From Mobula hypostoma (lineage: Eukaryota): a stretch of 64,000 nucleotides of DNA. The translations under genes were made by a program, and so were the position numbers. Under the pieces are notes generated by a model, which saw nothing but the letters and a program-made list of their open reading frames with translations, was not told where the DNA came from and made no database searches. Of the stretch, positions 50,689 through 63,739 are shown one piece after another (the stretch's first letter is position 1; every line of letters begins with the position of its first letter). The DNA lies in the NCBI RefSeq assembly GCF_963921235.1, contig NC_086109.1, positions 20,958,001-21,022,000 on the forward strand, in the 5' to 3' direction.

Positions 50689-51939
50689 AATGAAAACCAA
50701 GGCACAGGAAACTGCAACCCTTTCATTTACTTTATTGTCGCCAAACAATTGATACTAGAGCATACAATCATCACAGCGATATTTGATTCTGCGCTTTGTG
50801 CTCCCTGGATTACAAATCGACAGTAAATACTAAAAATTTAAATTTACTACTTTACTAGAAATAATGGGATAAGAAAGACAAATCCAGATAAGGAAATAAT
50901 CAGGCAAAGGCGGAGAAATTATCTGTCGGAAAGTTGGATCTATTTCTGGCTCAGTTTCATTGTTTGTGAAGTGGGTGGGTCACTTAAGGGAAATATTTTA
51001 ATTAATTAATTAATTATTGAGGTACAGCCCATTGAGTTGCACCATCCAGCAATCATCCCGATTGAAACCAGCCTAATTCCGGGATAATTTACAATGACCA
51101 TTTAACCTACCAACCAGTACTTGGACTGTGGCAGGAAACCGGAGCACCTGGAGGAAACCGACGTCGTCACAGGGAGAACGTACAAACTCCTTACAAACAG
51201 CAGCTGGAATGAGTAAAGGTGGGCTTCCAGAGTAAAATCTGACAATGACTGGAAAAGAATTTTTAAACTAAATGGAGAAATGAGAGGATATAAATTCCCT
51301 AACGTGTATGTGTGTGTTTTTTTAAAAGTTTGTCTACATATGTATAATATTACTGAGAGAAATCATTTTGCATCCGGATCAACCAGTCTGCCTCAGCTGC
51401 CAGTTTAAATGGCAGTTACTATTTGCATAAGGAAATAGCTTTCTGTCCAAAAATGTCCTTTGAATTCAGTCAATGAATCTTATCTTTTGTACCATGGATT
51501 TCAAAAAAAAAAATTTGTTTACACAAGGTATCTTTCTTCAGGCTATTTTCCTGTGGGGAAACAATATTTCAGGTGTCTCACTTCAACAGTGTTTATCAGC
51601 AGGATATTGGGCTAGGAAAGGTATTTTAGACTCACTTAAAAACGTACTTGGAGGAATCAGAATTACTATCACTGGCACATGTTGTGCAATTTGCTGTTGT
51701 TTTGCAGCAGTGCATTACAATAAATGTGAAGAGTGTGAGATAAATATGAAGAGTGTGTCTTCAGGCTCCTGTACCTCCTACTTGATGGTAGCAATGAGAA
51801 GAGGCAGGAAGTAACTATACAGCAATTTGGAGGAAGCTTGGATGATTAGCAAATGTACTGTATGCATCTTGGATAAAAATCGCATTCGTATTGTTTATGT
51901 ATGTGACTCCCCAACACCACATTTACATCCATCCCATGA

Positions 51940-52280
51940 AAAGCAGTGTACAAGAAGCATAGCCAGAGTGGATAGCCAGACTATTTCCCGGGGGAAAATG
52001 GCTAAAACAAAGTGGCATAATCTTCAGGTGATTGGAGATAAATATAGGGGGATATCAGAGAGTTTTTTTGTTAAACACAGAGAGTGGTGGGTGCATGGAA
52101 CACCCCGCCAGGGGTGGTGGTAGAGGACATTTGAGAAACTCATAGACAGTCACATGAATGAAAGAAAACTGGAGGTCTCTTTAGGAGGGAAAGTTTAGAT
52201 TGCTTTTATAGTGGGTTGAAAGGTTGGTACAACTTTGTGGGCCCAAGGGCCTCTACTGTACTGTGGTATTCAATGTTCTC
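51940..52280 (+). mobile_element. CR1 3' fragment
   Basis: Collinear with 2455-2758. Confidence 0.8.
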
Positions 52281-53924
52281 TGGTAAGTAATTGCAAAGCA
52301 TGATAGTGTTGTCATTTGACTCAATGTGAGGATGCTCTTATGAAGTACTGTCAACCAGCAAATTCCGTATTCATATATCTATAGAATTTACTGCAGCACA
52401 AAGGAGACCATTTGTACATTTTCTTATGATTACTGCATACTTAGCACCATGACTTTGCAATTTTCCTGTTCCCTTTTTGGAGAGCTTCTATAATCCTTTC
52501 ATGCAGGGGTTACAGCCTCAAAGTCTAGAATTGAAATGATAGTTCCATAATTTTGGTTAAGCCGGCGGGTGATGAATCATTTTAATTTGCTGTCCCAGTG
52601 GGCTGTGGGGACTCGGTTACTGATTACATTTAAAGCAGAGTCCAATAGATTGCTTGCTATGAGAGCAGCCAAAGGATGTGGGGATGCAGGTAGCTGATAT
52701 TGAGATAGAAGATCAGCCGCTTTTTATGGATTGCTTAATAGCCAAAAAGCCAAATAGCCTGCTCTTTTTCCAGATTCTTTTATTCTTAAGTTCTTATGTG
52801 GACTCGTTTTGGAGAACTTTGAGGTTCATGTTGCAATTGTTCCTGGATGCTGTTTCTTTCTGCCCCGCTGATTTTGAACAGTTTGATTGGGGCAATTGAT
52901 GCAGATGGGGAGGCTTCGGCGAGTAATGGGTCTGTGGTCTGCATTGGCTAGCAACAGGGCGCTGAACTGAACTAAGCTGACTACTGCTGGTTTAAAGTTT
53001 GATATTCTATGTGTTGCCTGCTTACTTCTTGCCGTTTGCGCAATGTATTCTTCATTTCCAAAGTTGGGTGTTTGGCATTTTTTTCAGTGGGTCCTTGGTG
53101 TTTCTTTGCGGGAGGATAAATATCAGAATTGAACTCTGTGAACATAATTTGATAATAAAGGTACTTTGAATCTTATTACAGATCATAACTTCCTGTGCAA
53201 TCAATGTTTATGCATTGCACCTTCTGGAGCTTCTGTCAATCAACTTAAATCAGGGAATTCTGTTTGCAGCCCCTTCTACCATTGTGAACTGTTTCGTCAG
53301 ATTTAAAGATTAGCTTTATTTGCCACATGTACAATGAAACTCAGAGTGAAATGCATCAAGTCAAATCAGTGAGGATTGGGCCGGGCAGCCTGCAAGTCTC
53401 ACCACACTTCTGCCGCCAATGTAGCACGCCCACAACTCGCTAACCCTAACCATACGTCTTTGGAATGTGGGAGGAAACAGAGCACCCAGAGGGCACCCCC
53501 GTGACCCTGGGGAGAACGTACAAACTCCCTATAGTCAGCAGTGGGAACTAAATCCCAATTGGTGATCGATAGTACTGTAATAGTGTTTAGCTAACTACTG
53601 TAAGAAACATAAGAGGAGCACCAGGTCATATGACTCTTCAAACTGCTCAATATAAAATTAGGCTAATCTAATTCTTGGCCTTAAATCTACTTTTTTTTTA
53701 CCCAGTCCTTATAATCTTAATTCGCTTTAGTCAAAAAATCTGAACATTTCATCCTTGAATAGCAAAGTCAGGTTATTCTCATTTCTCTTTTACTGTACAA
53801 ATACATGAAGGATTCAGTTTGAGCCTAACTGCTACAGTCCTTTCCCATTTGTGCAAAGTCACTGCAGATAGTGTGGACAGATTTACTCTTTCTTATTATG
53901 CTGCTGACCAGGGAATTCCTTCCA

Positions 53925-54350
53925 TGACACCATAAGACATAGGTGCAAAGTTAGGCATTTCAGCCCATTGAGTCCTCTCCACAATTCAATCATGGCTGAT
54001 TTATTATTCTTCTTGACCCCATTCTCTTGCCTTCTCCCCAAAACCTTTGACTGACACCCTGACTGATCAAGCACCTATCAACCCTGTTTTAAATATACCC
54101 ATAGCTTGGCCTCTATAGCAGTCTGGGGCAATGAATTCCACAGAGTCACCACACTCTGGCCATAGAATTTCCTCCTTATCACTGTTCTAAAGGGACGTCC
54201 TTCTATTCTGAGGCTGTGCCCTCTGGTCCTAGATTCCCCCACTATAGGAAACATCCTCTCCACGTCGACTCTATCTAAGCCTTCCAACATTCGATAGGTT
54301 TCAGTGAGATCCCACCCTCCCTATCCTTCTAACCTCCAGCAAATATAAGG
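53925..54350 (-). mobile_element. CR1 3' fragment
   Basis: MLEGLDRVDVERMFPIVGESRTRGHSLRI..LWNSLPQ. Confidence 0.9.
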
Positions 54351-55807
54351 GGCTTTCTTACAGTTCATCACAGGTAGAGGTCCCTGTATTCCTTGGGCAG
54401 TTTCAGGGACTCCGTATTTCCCTGCTGGAGATTACTGTACACTCCACTGCCTTGCCAGTATGAAAATTAAACTCTTGGCAAAATAGGAATAAGAGAGCTG
54501 GGAATCTCTCTGCCTTCCCAGGTTAGTCTGAAGCCAAAGAAAAAAGGACAGAATGGATTTATGGGGAGCAACTTTTTATTTACGTTCACTTACAGAAATT
54601 TTGCTGATCTTTATATAAAAAATTCTTCGTTTTACCCCTATGTATCCAAGTTCAAAATTTTTGATTTAAAGGATTTTAGGTTCTCATTATCTCATCAAAT
54701 CATTAACATTTCATACACCTCCATTGAATCAACAATACTACTGCCATTCCTTCCCATCAAATTATCAATGTTGAAGGCACTGTATTTAAGTAAATGCAAC
54801 CTTACTCTGTAATTTAATCCACTTCTAGGACCAGAAATCGTTTCTAGGAACCTGTCCTGTAGCCTCTCCTGTGCCAGTGCTCCCCTTCAAGTTAAAGATG
54901 TTAAAATTGAACACAATGCTCTTGATGTGAATCTGATCGAGATTCCATGCAGTAGGAGCATAAATTGTGCCTTGTGGAAACCAGATCCCATGGAGATAAA
55001 AGTAAAAATTACATTACCTTTTCCCATGAACTTTTGTAACTGCCCACTGGCTTTCAATGATTTCTGTACTTGGACTTTTAAATCTCATAATAGTTCTGAG
55101 CTGCTTGTCAGCAGAAAGAAGGAAGAATAACCCCTTTTCTTTCATTTATACAGCCTGTTTAACACTATGAAAATATCCTAAGGCACTTTACATCATCAAA
55201 ATAAATTGTTAATTGGATCCATAGGGTGATGTTAAGAATAGACGACCAAAAACTGTGAAAGATTTTGGTTTTCCGAATTGTCTCAAAGATTAAAGTGGTT
55301 GAGAGGCAAAAGCAAAAGGCAAGGAGTAAATACACCACCTCAAACATATTTCTTTAATGGCGCTTGGCTGATCTACCACACACAACATCTCAGCCATTCT
55401 AAATCTCTTGTTTCCCATCTGGCATCCCAGGATGTTGAACAAGAGCTGGAATCCTAATCGTATTTCCAGCATACCCTTAAAATTAGAATTGAGTCATTCA
55501 CTGGCGATGTCAAGATTCATTTCTTCAAATAAAGAATGCTGAAAATCCAAACTGGCATCGCTGATGCAGCCCCAAAGGAGTCCCGGTGGTGGCCTTTCAA
55601 ATGAGATGTTTATTCAGATCTGTTTTTCCAACTCAGATAAGCATAAAACATCCCAAGGCTTATTTGAGAAAGCTGGGGAATTTCCCCTGCTGTTCTGGTT
55701 GATGTTTATCCCTCGAGCAATGTCACCAAACCGTGTTAGAACCAGCATTGAACAAGCGCCTGTTGGCATTAAGCAAGATGAAAACTCGGGGTTCGTCATT
55801 TAATGGC

Positions 55808-56345
55808 AATGATCTGCTGGAGGAATTCTGGGTAAAGCAGCCTCTGTGGAATGAAAGAAATTGTCCATGTTTCAGGCCAAAGTCTTGCATCAGGACTATC
55901 AGTGCCAATTCCCTCATCCGTCCACAGATGAAGAGCAACCTGCTGAGTTCCTCTAACAGATTTTTTGTTGCCCCAGATCCTGGCATCCGCGGTCTTTTGT
56001 GTGATTATCATTTAACAGCTGGATCCTGCCTTGGCAAGTTTGGGGTTGGGGAGATGGGTGATAGGGGAAAGAAATGACTTTAGTTCCTTCTGGTTGAATG
56101 AATTCTAAGACTCTTAACTATTGAGTTGCCACTCCCCTGACTTTATATCATATGCTCCTCATTTTAAACTACTCATCCAGTCTTTTTCCTTACAATCTAT
56201 ATTTTTAGTAACGCACACAAAATGCTGGAGGAACTCAGCAGGTCAGGCAGGATCTATGGCAATGAATAAACTGTCGCCGTTTCGGGCTGTGTCCCTCCAG
56301 CACTGTTGCTTTCGATTTCCAGCATCTGCAGAATTTCGCATGTTA
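55808..56345. mobile_element. Two inverted Penelope-terminus elements (about 55808-56005 and 56208-56345)
   Basis: TGCTGGAGGAA[C/T]TC arms; reverse arm CTGCTGAGTTCCTC; GATTTCCAGCATCTGCAGA end. Confidence 0.75.
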
Positions 56346-57359
56346 ACATTTTTAGTAAGTTTTTAAAGTGCTCAAAGAAAAGAACATTATCCTTGCCCAT
56401 TATAGTTTTTCTCTTGGACATCTTGCTCAAAGCCATATCCTGGATCTTCAATTCCTGGATATTCCAGGGGAAATCGTGGCTAGTCTAAATATACCTGTCA
56501 TCTCCAGCATTTGTGTTAATGTTATATATTTACAGAGTGTCGATTGTCCCTCACTTCATAAATATCTATAAAATCCAGAGATGGCAGGTTAGTCATAATA
56601 AAGCGTGCAGATGAGGTCAGTTTGAAACTAGCTTTCAGGGATTTTTATTTGTACTTCAGACCTCCGGCATCCTCAGCACTTTGCTTTTGAACTTGGCTAT
56701 CTCAGAACAGCAGGAGCACCCAGCAGGGTACTGCAACCTCATCAGTCGCCGGTCTCAGGATATATTCTGAAAGATTTAGTTCTTTGCAGAAGCTAGCGGT
56801 GTACATAAGGAATTTGTCAGCATACCTCAGTGGAAAATCTCTTCCTTAACAGTCTCAGGGTTGAGGGTTTACGCCCTCTTCCAGAGACTTGATAATCCAA
56901 ACCACACCAACTCTCAGTACAATACTGAAATGTAGTCTTTTGGATAAGATTTTGAACTCAAGCCCATCTCAGGTGGATATAAACTTGAAAAACTGCAGGA
57001 GTGTGCACGTGGTTGTTAATGCTTATATTTGGTCTTGACTAAGGCTCAATAATTTGATTTACTGTACCATTTATCATATTTTCTTAGGAATTTGTAATAT
57101 GCAAGTTGAGAGACAGATTTCAGACATTCCTGCACTGACTACACAACCTTAAGACACTTTGGAATGCTGTGAGGTTATGAAAGGCACTCACAAGTGCAAG
57201 TTCCTGCTTTCAAGAGGGATTATACTGTATTATACTCGTGGGGAACAACCCAATTTAAAAAGGTTATTTAGGGATGCAGCAAAAATCAGCTGTAGGAACT
57301 CTGCACAATATCATGGGGCAAATTGCCCGTTCCCGTGCTGTACTGTTCTGCATTCTATA

Positions 57360-57545
57360 GACTCAATGGGTCAGACAGCATCAGGGGATGGAAATGGACA
57401 GTTGACGCTTCAGGCCAAGACCTTCGATCTGGACTGGTCCATTAACCAGATTGCCCATTTCCCTCCACAGATGGTGCCCGAGTTCCTCCACAACTTTGTG
57501 TTTTTTTTTGCTCCAGGTTCCAGCATACAGTCTCTTGTGTCTCCA
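57360..57545. mobile_element. Inverted Penelope-terminus element about 70 nt downstream of the PPM1J stop
   Basis: CAGCATCAGGGGATGGAAATGGACAGT ... ATTGCCCATTTCCCTCCACAGATG..GAGTTCCTCC inverted arms. Confidence 0.7.
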
Positions 57546-57615
57546 TTATTCACAGACGAATAGATCCATTTTCCAGTCTTTGCAGAGCTGAAGGATTGGT
57601 CGCCCCAAAGGCCAA

Positions 57616-57754
57616 TCACGTGTGCCCATAAAGAGGAATGACAAAGACGGATATGTCGTCGCCTGAGCCCAGCCTGTCATTTGACAATCTCCACCCATGG
57701 TCCTTCAAAACTCCGCGGGATTTCATCACCAAGTCCTGGGCTGCCAGTGTGAAC
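57616..57754 (-). CDS. PPM1J: PP2C-family phosphatase last coding exon: (R)FTLAAQDLVMKSRGVLKDHGWRLSNDRLGSGDDISVFVIPLYGHT*
   Basis: 139 nt, acceptor ccacag|. Phase-2 junction AG+G completes Arg. GSGDDISV motif of the PPM1H/J/M subfamily. TGA at 57616-57618. Upstream exons were not found and probably lie beyond the window. Confidence 0.9.
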
Positions 57755-60249
57755 CTGTGGGGAGAATTACATGGAAACATATCAGAAGTAAAGCGCAAGT
57801 TGGGCACTTAAGCTATTTGGTGTTTACGCTCAACATAAGTTTCACTGCATGAATGGGAAGGGTATGGAGGGCTATGGTCCTGTGCAGGTCAATGGGGCTA
57901 GACAGAATAATAGATGGGCCAAAGGACATGTATCTATGCTGAGGTACTGTACGACTTGTCCCAATTTTTCAATGTCCCCTTCTCCTTTATAAGGTTTACA
58001 TTACAGCTTGATTCTAAGGACAATGTGTTAGGTGTACTTCACTCATTGTAAAATGTTTTGGGATTTCCATAAAGAAACATTTGAACTACTTGATTTGACT
58101 AACACCTAGATTTAAAAAAAGTTTCATATTTCAGTAATTCTGAATAATGACATTTCTCATTAATTTTTCTCAGCAACATTCTAAATTCAATGGGGAATAG
58201 GATAAGAAATATACAAAAGAATAAATTCATTTAGAGGGAAGCAAATCAAGCTGGATTCTCAATTTGCAAAGAAGTCTGTCAATTCGATTTGGATACCTTC
58301 CGGGAGGTTTCCATTACAATGCTGCCCACCCTACAATCCCACCCATCCACTCAATATGGCCAATATTGCAAGCCCTACCCATGGTTTCAAACAGCCAACT
58401 GAAAATCAACCGAATGCTTGCAGCTCAGTTGGATGATTTTTTGGTGCTCAGCCCAATATCCTTTCACCTTACCTCAAATATTTTTATAGCTGAAAGCAGT
58501 CAATACTTTTACTTCTCTCTCTACCAGATCCCTTGCAGTGCGCTGAAGATTAATTTGTCAGTTCCTAAATGGTTCCAGGAAAATGCTGGAGGCCTGGCAA
58601 CTCTAATTACTGGTTCTATTACAGAACCTTTTAAATACTTCCACCTCATTTAAAAATGGTTTATATTACAGTCTGATTACTAAGGGCAATGTATTAGTTG
58701 TGATTCATTAATTGTAAATTGTCTTGGGATTCTCTGCCTCAATGAAAATCTCTATATAGATGCAAGCTTTTCCTTCTCCAGCAATACTGCCACAGAGCCC
58801 AGATAGTGAGCAGCAGCCGCATCAATAGCAGACCAACACTTGACCTCTGCATTACAAATACGAGACATTTTACCAAAACTGTACGCAAGATGAGAAGCTT
58901 CAGTTACTTGGCGAGACGTGAGATTCTTTTTGTCCCCTGAAGCTAAAGTTTGGAAGAGACTTAATTGTGGAATATTGGGAATTATTTTAATGGAATAATT
59001 AGGCAAAAGCTGCTGCCAATGTACGGACGGTTAATAAATCACAGGACGCTTAAACAAGGAGTAGATGAGGAGAATTTTTTTTTAATGCTGAAAGCTGTTT
59101 TTATATCGTTCACAGTCCAAATCAGTAGGGGAAGCAGATTCAATAGCAACTTTCAGAAAAGAATGAGATATGTATTTGGAAAGGATAAATTTGTTGGACT
59201 ATGGGGAATAGGCGGAACTGGACTAATTGGATAACTCTTTCAAAGAGCTGGCACAGGCTAAAGGACCTCTGTCTGTTTTGTATGAATCCATAAAAGATTG
59301 TAATGACAAGGAGTGATTCAACTTTTTCCATGTTTATACTAAGCAGAGACTCATTGGCTGCTAGAATCTGATGACCACATAGGCTTCTGTTCCTTGTGCG
59401 AGTGTGCCGCAGATTGTGCTTACATGGAACGTTTGTTGTCCCAGTGGATGCTTTATGTGTCGGCTTTCTGGGTCATTATTTTTGGAATAGAGTGCCTGAG
59501 TTCAGAGAACTATGAAAAGTTTAATGGAATTAAGAAATATACCACTGAAACTTCACTCTGTTGACTAAACTAAAAGTCCAAACTGACATCCTTGACGCAG
59601 TCCTGAAGGAGTACAGCACTGCCCCTGGTGCTGAGAGATTTTCAATTAAGGCTTGTTTTTTTTTTCCCCATTTCAGATGGTCAGTAAAAAAAAACCCCAT
59701 GGCTTACTTGAAAAAGCTGGGAAATTTTCTTTGATGTTCTGATCAATAGTTATCCCTCAGCTAAAGTCACCTAAACGGGTTGTTGGGGTATTAATCTATT
59801 GGTGTTCATGAGAGCCTACTGTGCTCAAATTAGTGCTTGCATTTCCTATGTTGCTACGGTGACCTACGCTCCATAATTATGCTGCTGCTAGTAAAGCTTT
59901 TTAATACACACAGAGTGAAGAAATCTTATTTTGCTCTGCTGTTGTTTCTGTTTGTGTTGTCCTGCTGAACACTGTGAGCATGATATTTTGGTGATGGAAT
60001 GTGCGTCGCAGTACATCCTCGGGCATGTTGGTTGTTAACACAAAAGGCACATTTCACTCACAAACAAGAGAACATCTGCAGCTGCTGTGTGTGCGCTTGA
60101 CACGTTTCACTGTATGCTTTGATGTGCACATGATAAGTAAATCTGAATCTGAAAGATGCTGAATAAGTGCATCCTCTTTTCTAAATTTCATGTCCCGAAC
60201 CTTCATTTTGTGAGAAAGACTTTGGGAAAACCATATCAATTTCACAAAC

Positions 60250-60401
60250 CTGTTGGGGTCATCAGGATCACAGCTGGAAAGCATGCGAATGACTGTATCA
60301 GCCACCTCTCGATCTGAGACCACGTCCCACAGGCCATCTGTCCCCATCACTATAACATCATCCATACTATGCTCATACTTTTTCACATCATAAACTTTCA
60401 C
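60250..60401 (-). CDS. PPM1J: PP2C-family phosphatase (PPM1J/PPM1H type), penultimate coding exon: VKVYDVKKYEHSMDDVIVMGTDGLWDV...DPDDPNR
   Basis: 152 nt, bounded by cggcag| and AG|gtttgt. DGLWD metal-binding motif. The symbol rests on adjacency to RHOC and the GTDGLWD residue pattern. Confidence 0.9.
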
Positions 60402-61344
60402 CTGCCGGAATAACAAAAGATTTTATTGAACAAGTTGCACAGAGCTACACTGTTTATTGCTCACTGACAGGCCATTGAAGCCTGCAGGTTCATACAACTA
60501 TATATCCACCCACACAATGCAGCCTTTGATTTCTCTTTCCCCAATGTCATTTTTAGACTCCTATCAAACACAGCTATGCAATATACCTCGTCTATTTGTG
60601 GCAGCTGTTTTACATTGTAACCACTCTCTAGATAAAGAAGTTTCTCCTGAAATCCATAACGGATTCCCTTTATGACCACTAAATATTTAATTCACTTATT
60701 TCTTAATTTGAGCGATGTGGGAATTGATGGCAAAACCTCGTGGCAATGGCAGGTTTAACCTCATTTTTGTGAAGGCACTTTCATGTTACTGTTAGATAAG
60801 GAATTCCAGGATTTAGAACCAGGAACAAAAAGCATAATCTTAAATGAGGGTGATATGTAAAATGGAAGGGACCTTGCACTCAGGAACGGCACGGTAGGGT
60901 AGTAGTTAGCGTAACATCCTACAACGCCAGTGACCCAAGTTCAATTCCAGACGCTGTCTGTAAGGAATCTGTACTTTCTCTCCAGGATCGCGTGCATTTC
61001 CTTTGGGTGCTCTGGTTTACGCCCACATTCCAAAGACCTACAGGTCTGGTTGGTGAGTTGTGGGCATAGTATGTTGGCACTGGAAGCATGATGATGCTTG
61101 CGGGCTGCTCCCAGCACAGCCTTGGACTGCGCTGGTCGTTCACACAAGTGACGGATTTCTTGGTATATTTCAATGTACACCATGACAAATAAAGTTAACC
61201 TTTGAAAAAGCAGTGGCCTTCCCCTATTCATACAGCCTGTTTTCTTCTTTCTACGTGATAGAGACGAGTGAATGTTTAGGCACACCATGAAGCTGGTTAC
61301 AATAACATGGATCTTGAATATTGTTGGAAAATACTTTGTTACAT

Positions 61345-61480
61345 AAACACGAGAAAATCTGCAGATGCTGAAAATCCAAAGCAACACACACAAAACGCTG
61401 ATGGAACCCAGCAGGTCAGGCTGCGTGCATGGAAATTAATAGACAATTGATAGTTCGAGCTGAGACGCTTTTGCAGGGCC
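61345..61480 (-). mobile_element. Penelope-like 3' terminus fragment in PPM1J intron
   Basis: AAACACGAGAAAATCTGCAGATGCTG...GCAACACACACAAAACGCTG. Confidence 0.8.
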
Positions 61481-62179
61481 TGCAATATTTTGGAATGTAC
61501 TATTTTGTTACACTTCTGACTCACTTTCACCAGACGGTGGACTTTGGGAGTCAAGTGGCAATTCACTCACTGCAGGATATCGACCTCTGAGGTGATCTCG
61601 TATCGACCTTATTTTATGTGGATGGTCCAGTTAAGGTTTTGGCTGGGTTGTTGATGGTGGGCAATCTGGTGATGTGTAGTTATCTTGGACGTCACGGGAA
61701 ATTACTTCACCCACAAATGATTACATGGCTCAGATGCAGATGTCGGCCATTTCTGAACGTTGTCAGCATATTGCTGCAAGTAGGCACACGTTATCTGTGG
61801 AATGGCACTCCAAGTCCATGCATGCTCGCCACAGATCATCCGCTGCTGCCTTCACTCCAATTCACTCATTTTCAGTTGCCCTCCCCACAACTCACTGATT
61901 TACTGGCATCCTACCTCAAATTCTCCTCCCCTTTATTCATTTACCTGCATACCTCTACCAAATCAGTGATGCATTACACAAATACATTCATCCACTGGCA
62001 CTTTTCTCCAATTTGCCCACTAGCTGGTGGTCTGCTTCAATTCACCCATTTACTAACACAATAATTCCCCCCCCCCACCCACCAACTATCACCCAGCTTT
62101 TGGGTGCCTTCCCCAATTCACCCATTTACTTGTGTTCACTTCTAGTTCCCTTATTTATTTGAGCTGTCTGCTTATTCTC

Positions 62180-63730
62180 CACTTGTGGATGCAGGTCCCC
62201 TTCTTCAAATGAGAGAAGAGTTGGCAATTGGAAATGAAAAGATCAAGAGAGGGTAAAAGGCGGAAGGGGGAGTACAAATGGAAGAGGAAGGTTGGAGATG
62301 GGAGAAGAGATTATCATGGGGAGCGGGGGGGGTGAGGACTTCATGATGAAGAAATAGGCAATGGAATAACTTGATATTGTGTCAGGCCTGGAACCCAGTA
62401 AGATGCAGGCATAGGAGGCCTCTGCTAAGGACAGACTGTTCAGCATTGAAGCGTAGGAGTTCAGGAAGGACGGTGAAGACAAGACAGCTAGGGTGAAATC
62501 AGAGGAGGGAGAAGAAAGAGAGACTGAGAGGGGTATTGGAGTGGGGAGAACAGAGTCATGTGGGATAGAATGGAGGTCCCTGGTGGGTATCAGAAGCCTG
62601 GAAATGGGTGGAAGTGAGTTCCTCCGATACAGAGCAGTTTCTTTGGTCCTTGACTTTCACCCCACCACCCTCCAGATCTAACACCTTCCGTTGCCATCCA
62701 GGCCTTCTCTGATGGTCTTCAACATTTCATTAACTTCACATTCCCCTGCTCCCAATTCTACCATGAACATCCAGTCTCTATACATCTCCATTCTCATCAG
62801 TATAGTCTTAAGGTCTTCAATTTCATTCTTGAACAAAGACAGAACTTTTCCTTGCCCTCAAGAACTTCTCTTAAAATTCCCTCCGTTTCCTACTAAAAGC
62901 AAGTAGACACTCACATAGGCCTTAGTTATACTTTAGCCTTTTTTGTTGGCCACATGGAATAGTCCTTATTGCAAATTTTTTTCCAGCATGCCTCCCAGCT
63001 CTTTATTTGCTACACTGATCACATACCATTGATCTTGGTATGAACATAGAATTCTCCAACTTCTGATAATTCCCTCCCCTTCCCTTCCTCTATCCCTATG
63101 TCACTCTGCCCCCTCCCTCAGCTGCCCACCACCTCCCTCTTGGTTCCGCGTCCTTCTACTACCCATTGTGTTTTCCCCTATTCTTTCTTCACCTTTCCTG
63201 CCTATCACTTCCCTGCTTCCCTTCTCCCACCTCTTTATCTTTCCCCTTACTGGTTTCTCACCTGCAACTGACCAGCCTTCTCCTTCCCACCCTCCCCCCG
63301 CCTTCTATATAGGGCCTCTGCTCCTTCCCTCTACAGTCCTGACGAAGGGCTCCGGCCCGAAACGTCGACCGATCTTTTCCACGGATGCTGCCTGACCTGC
63401 TGAGTTCCTCCAGCGTATTGTGAGTGTTACATTGATCACTGAATTGGTGCTGCTTCATGCATTCATGCAGAGTTCAGCCATTTCATCATGTTCCCTACCC
63501 TACCCTCAAATTCACCTGACATTACTCTTCCATTTCCAGATCTCTGTATCTCTACCTCAGGAGAATGACTTGTCACTGACATCTTTTATAAATCCACTTA
63601 CTCATGTAACCACCTCAACTATACCTTCCCCCTTCCTCCTGTAAGGATAACATCCCATTTTCCCTCTATTTCTCCATCCCTTCCATACCAATTCTCAAGA
63701 TGAGGCCTACTGCTGTTGCTGATGGAGCCC
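62180..63730. mobile_element. Cluster of Penelope-like fragments (old RT pieces in both orientations plus a young + strand 3' end at about 63035-63430)
   Basis: MNIQSLYISI (RT MDV.SLY motif), FVGHME remnant, GMNIEFSNF* end and a well-preserved terminus. Confidence 0.75.
63334..63371 (+). ncRNA. Minimal type I hammerhead ribozyme motif in a Penelope-like element terminus
   Basis: CAGTC-CTGACGA-A-GGGC TCCG GCCC-GAAA-C-GTC-GACCG: core boxes intact, 4-bp stem II, stem I with one mismatch, stem III reduced to the palindromic ACGT. Confidence 0.8.
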
Positions 63731-63739
63731 TCACACCTA

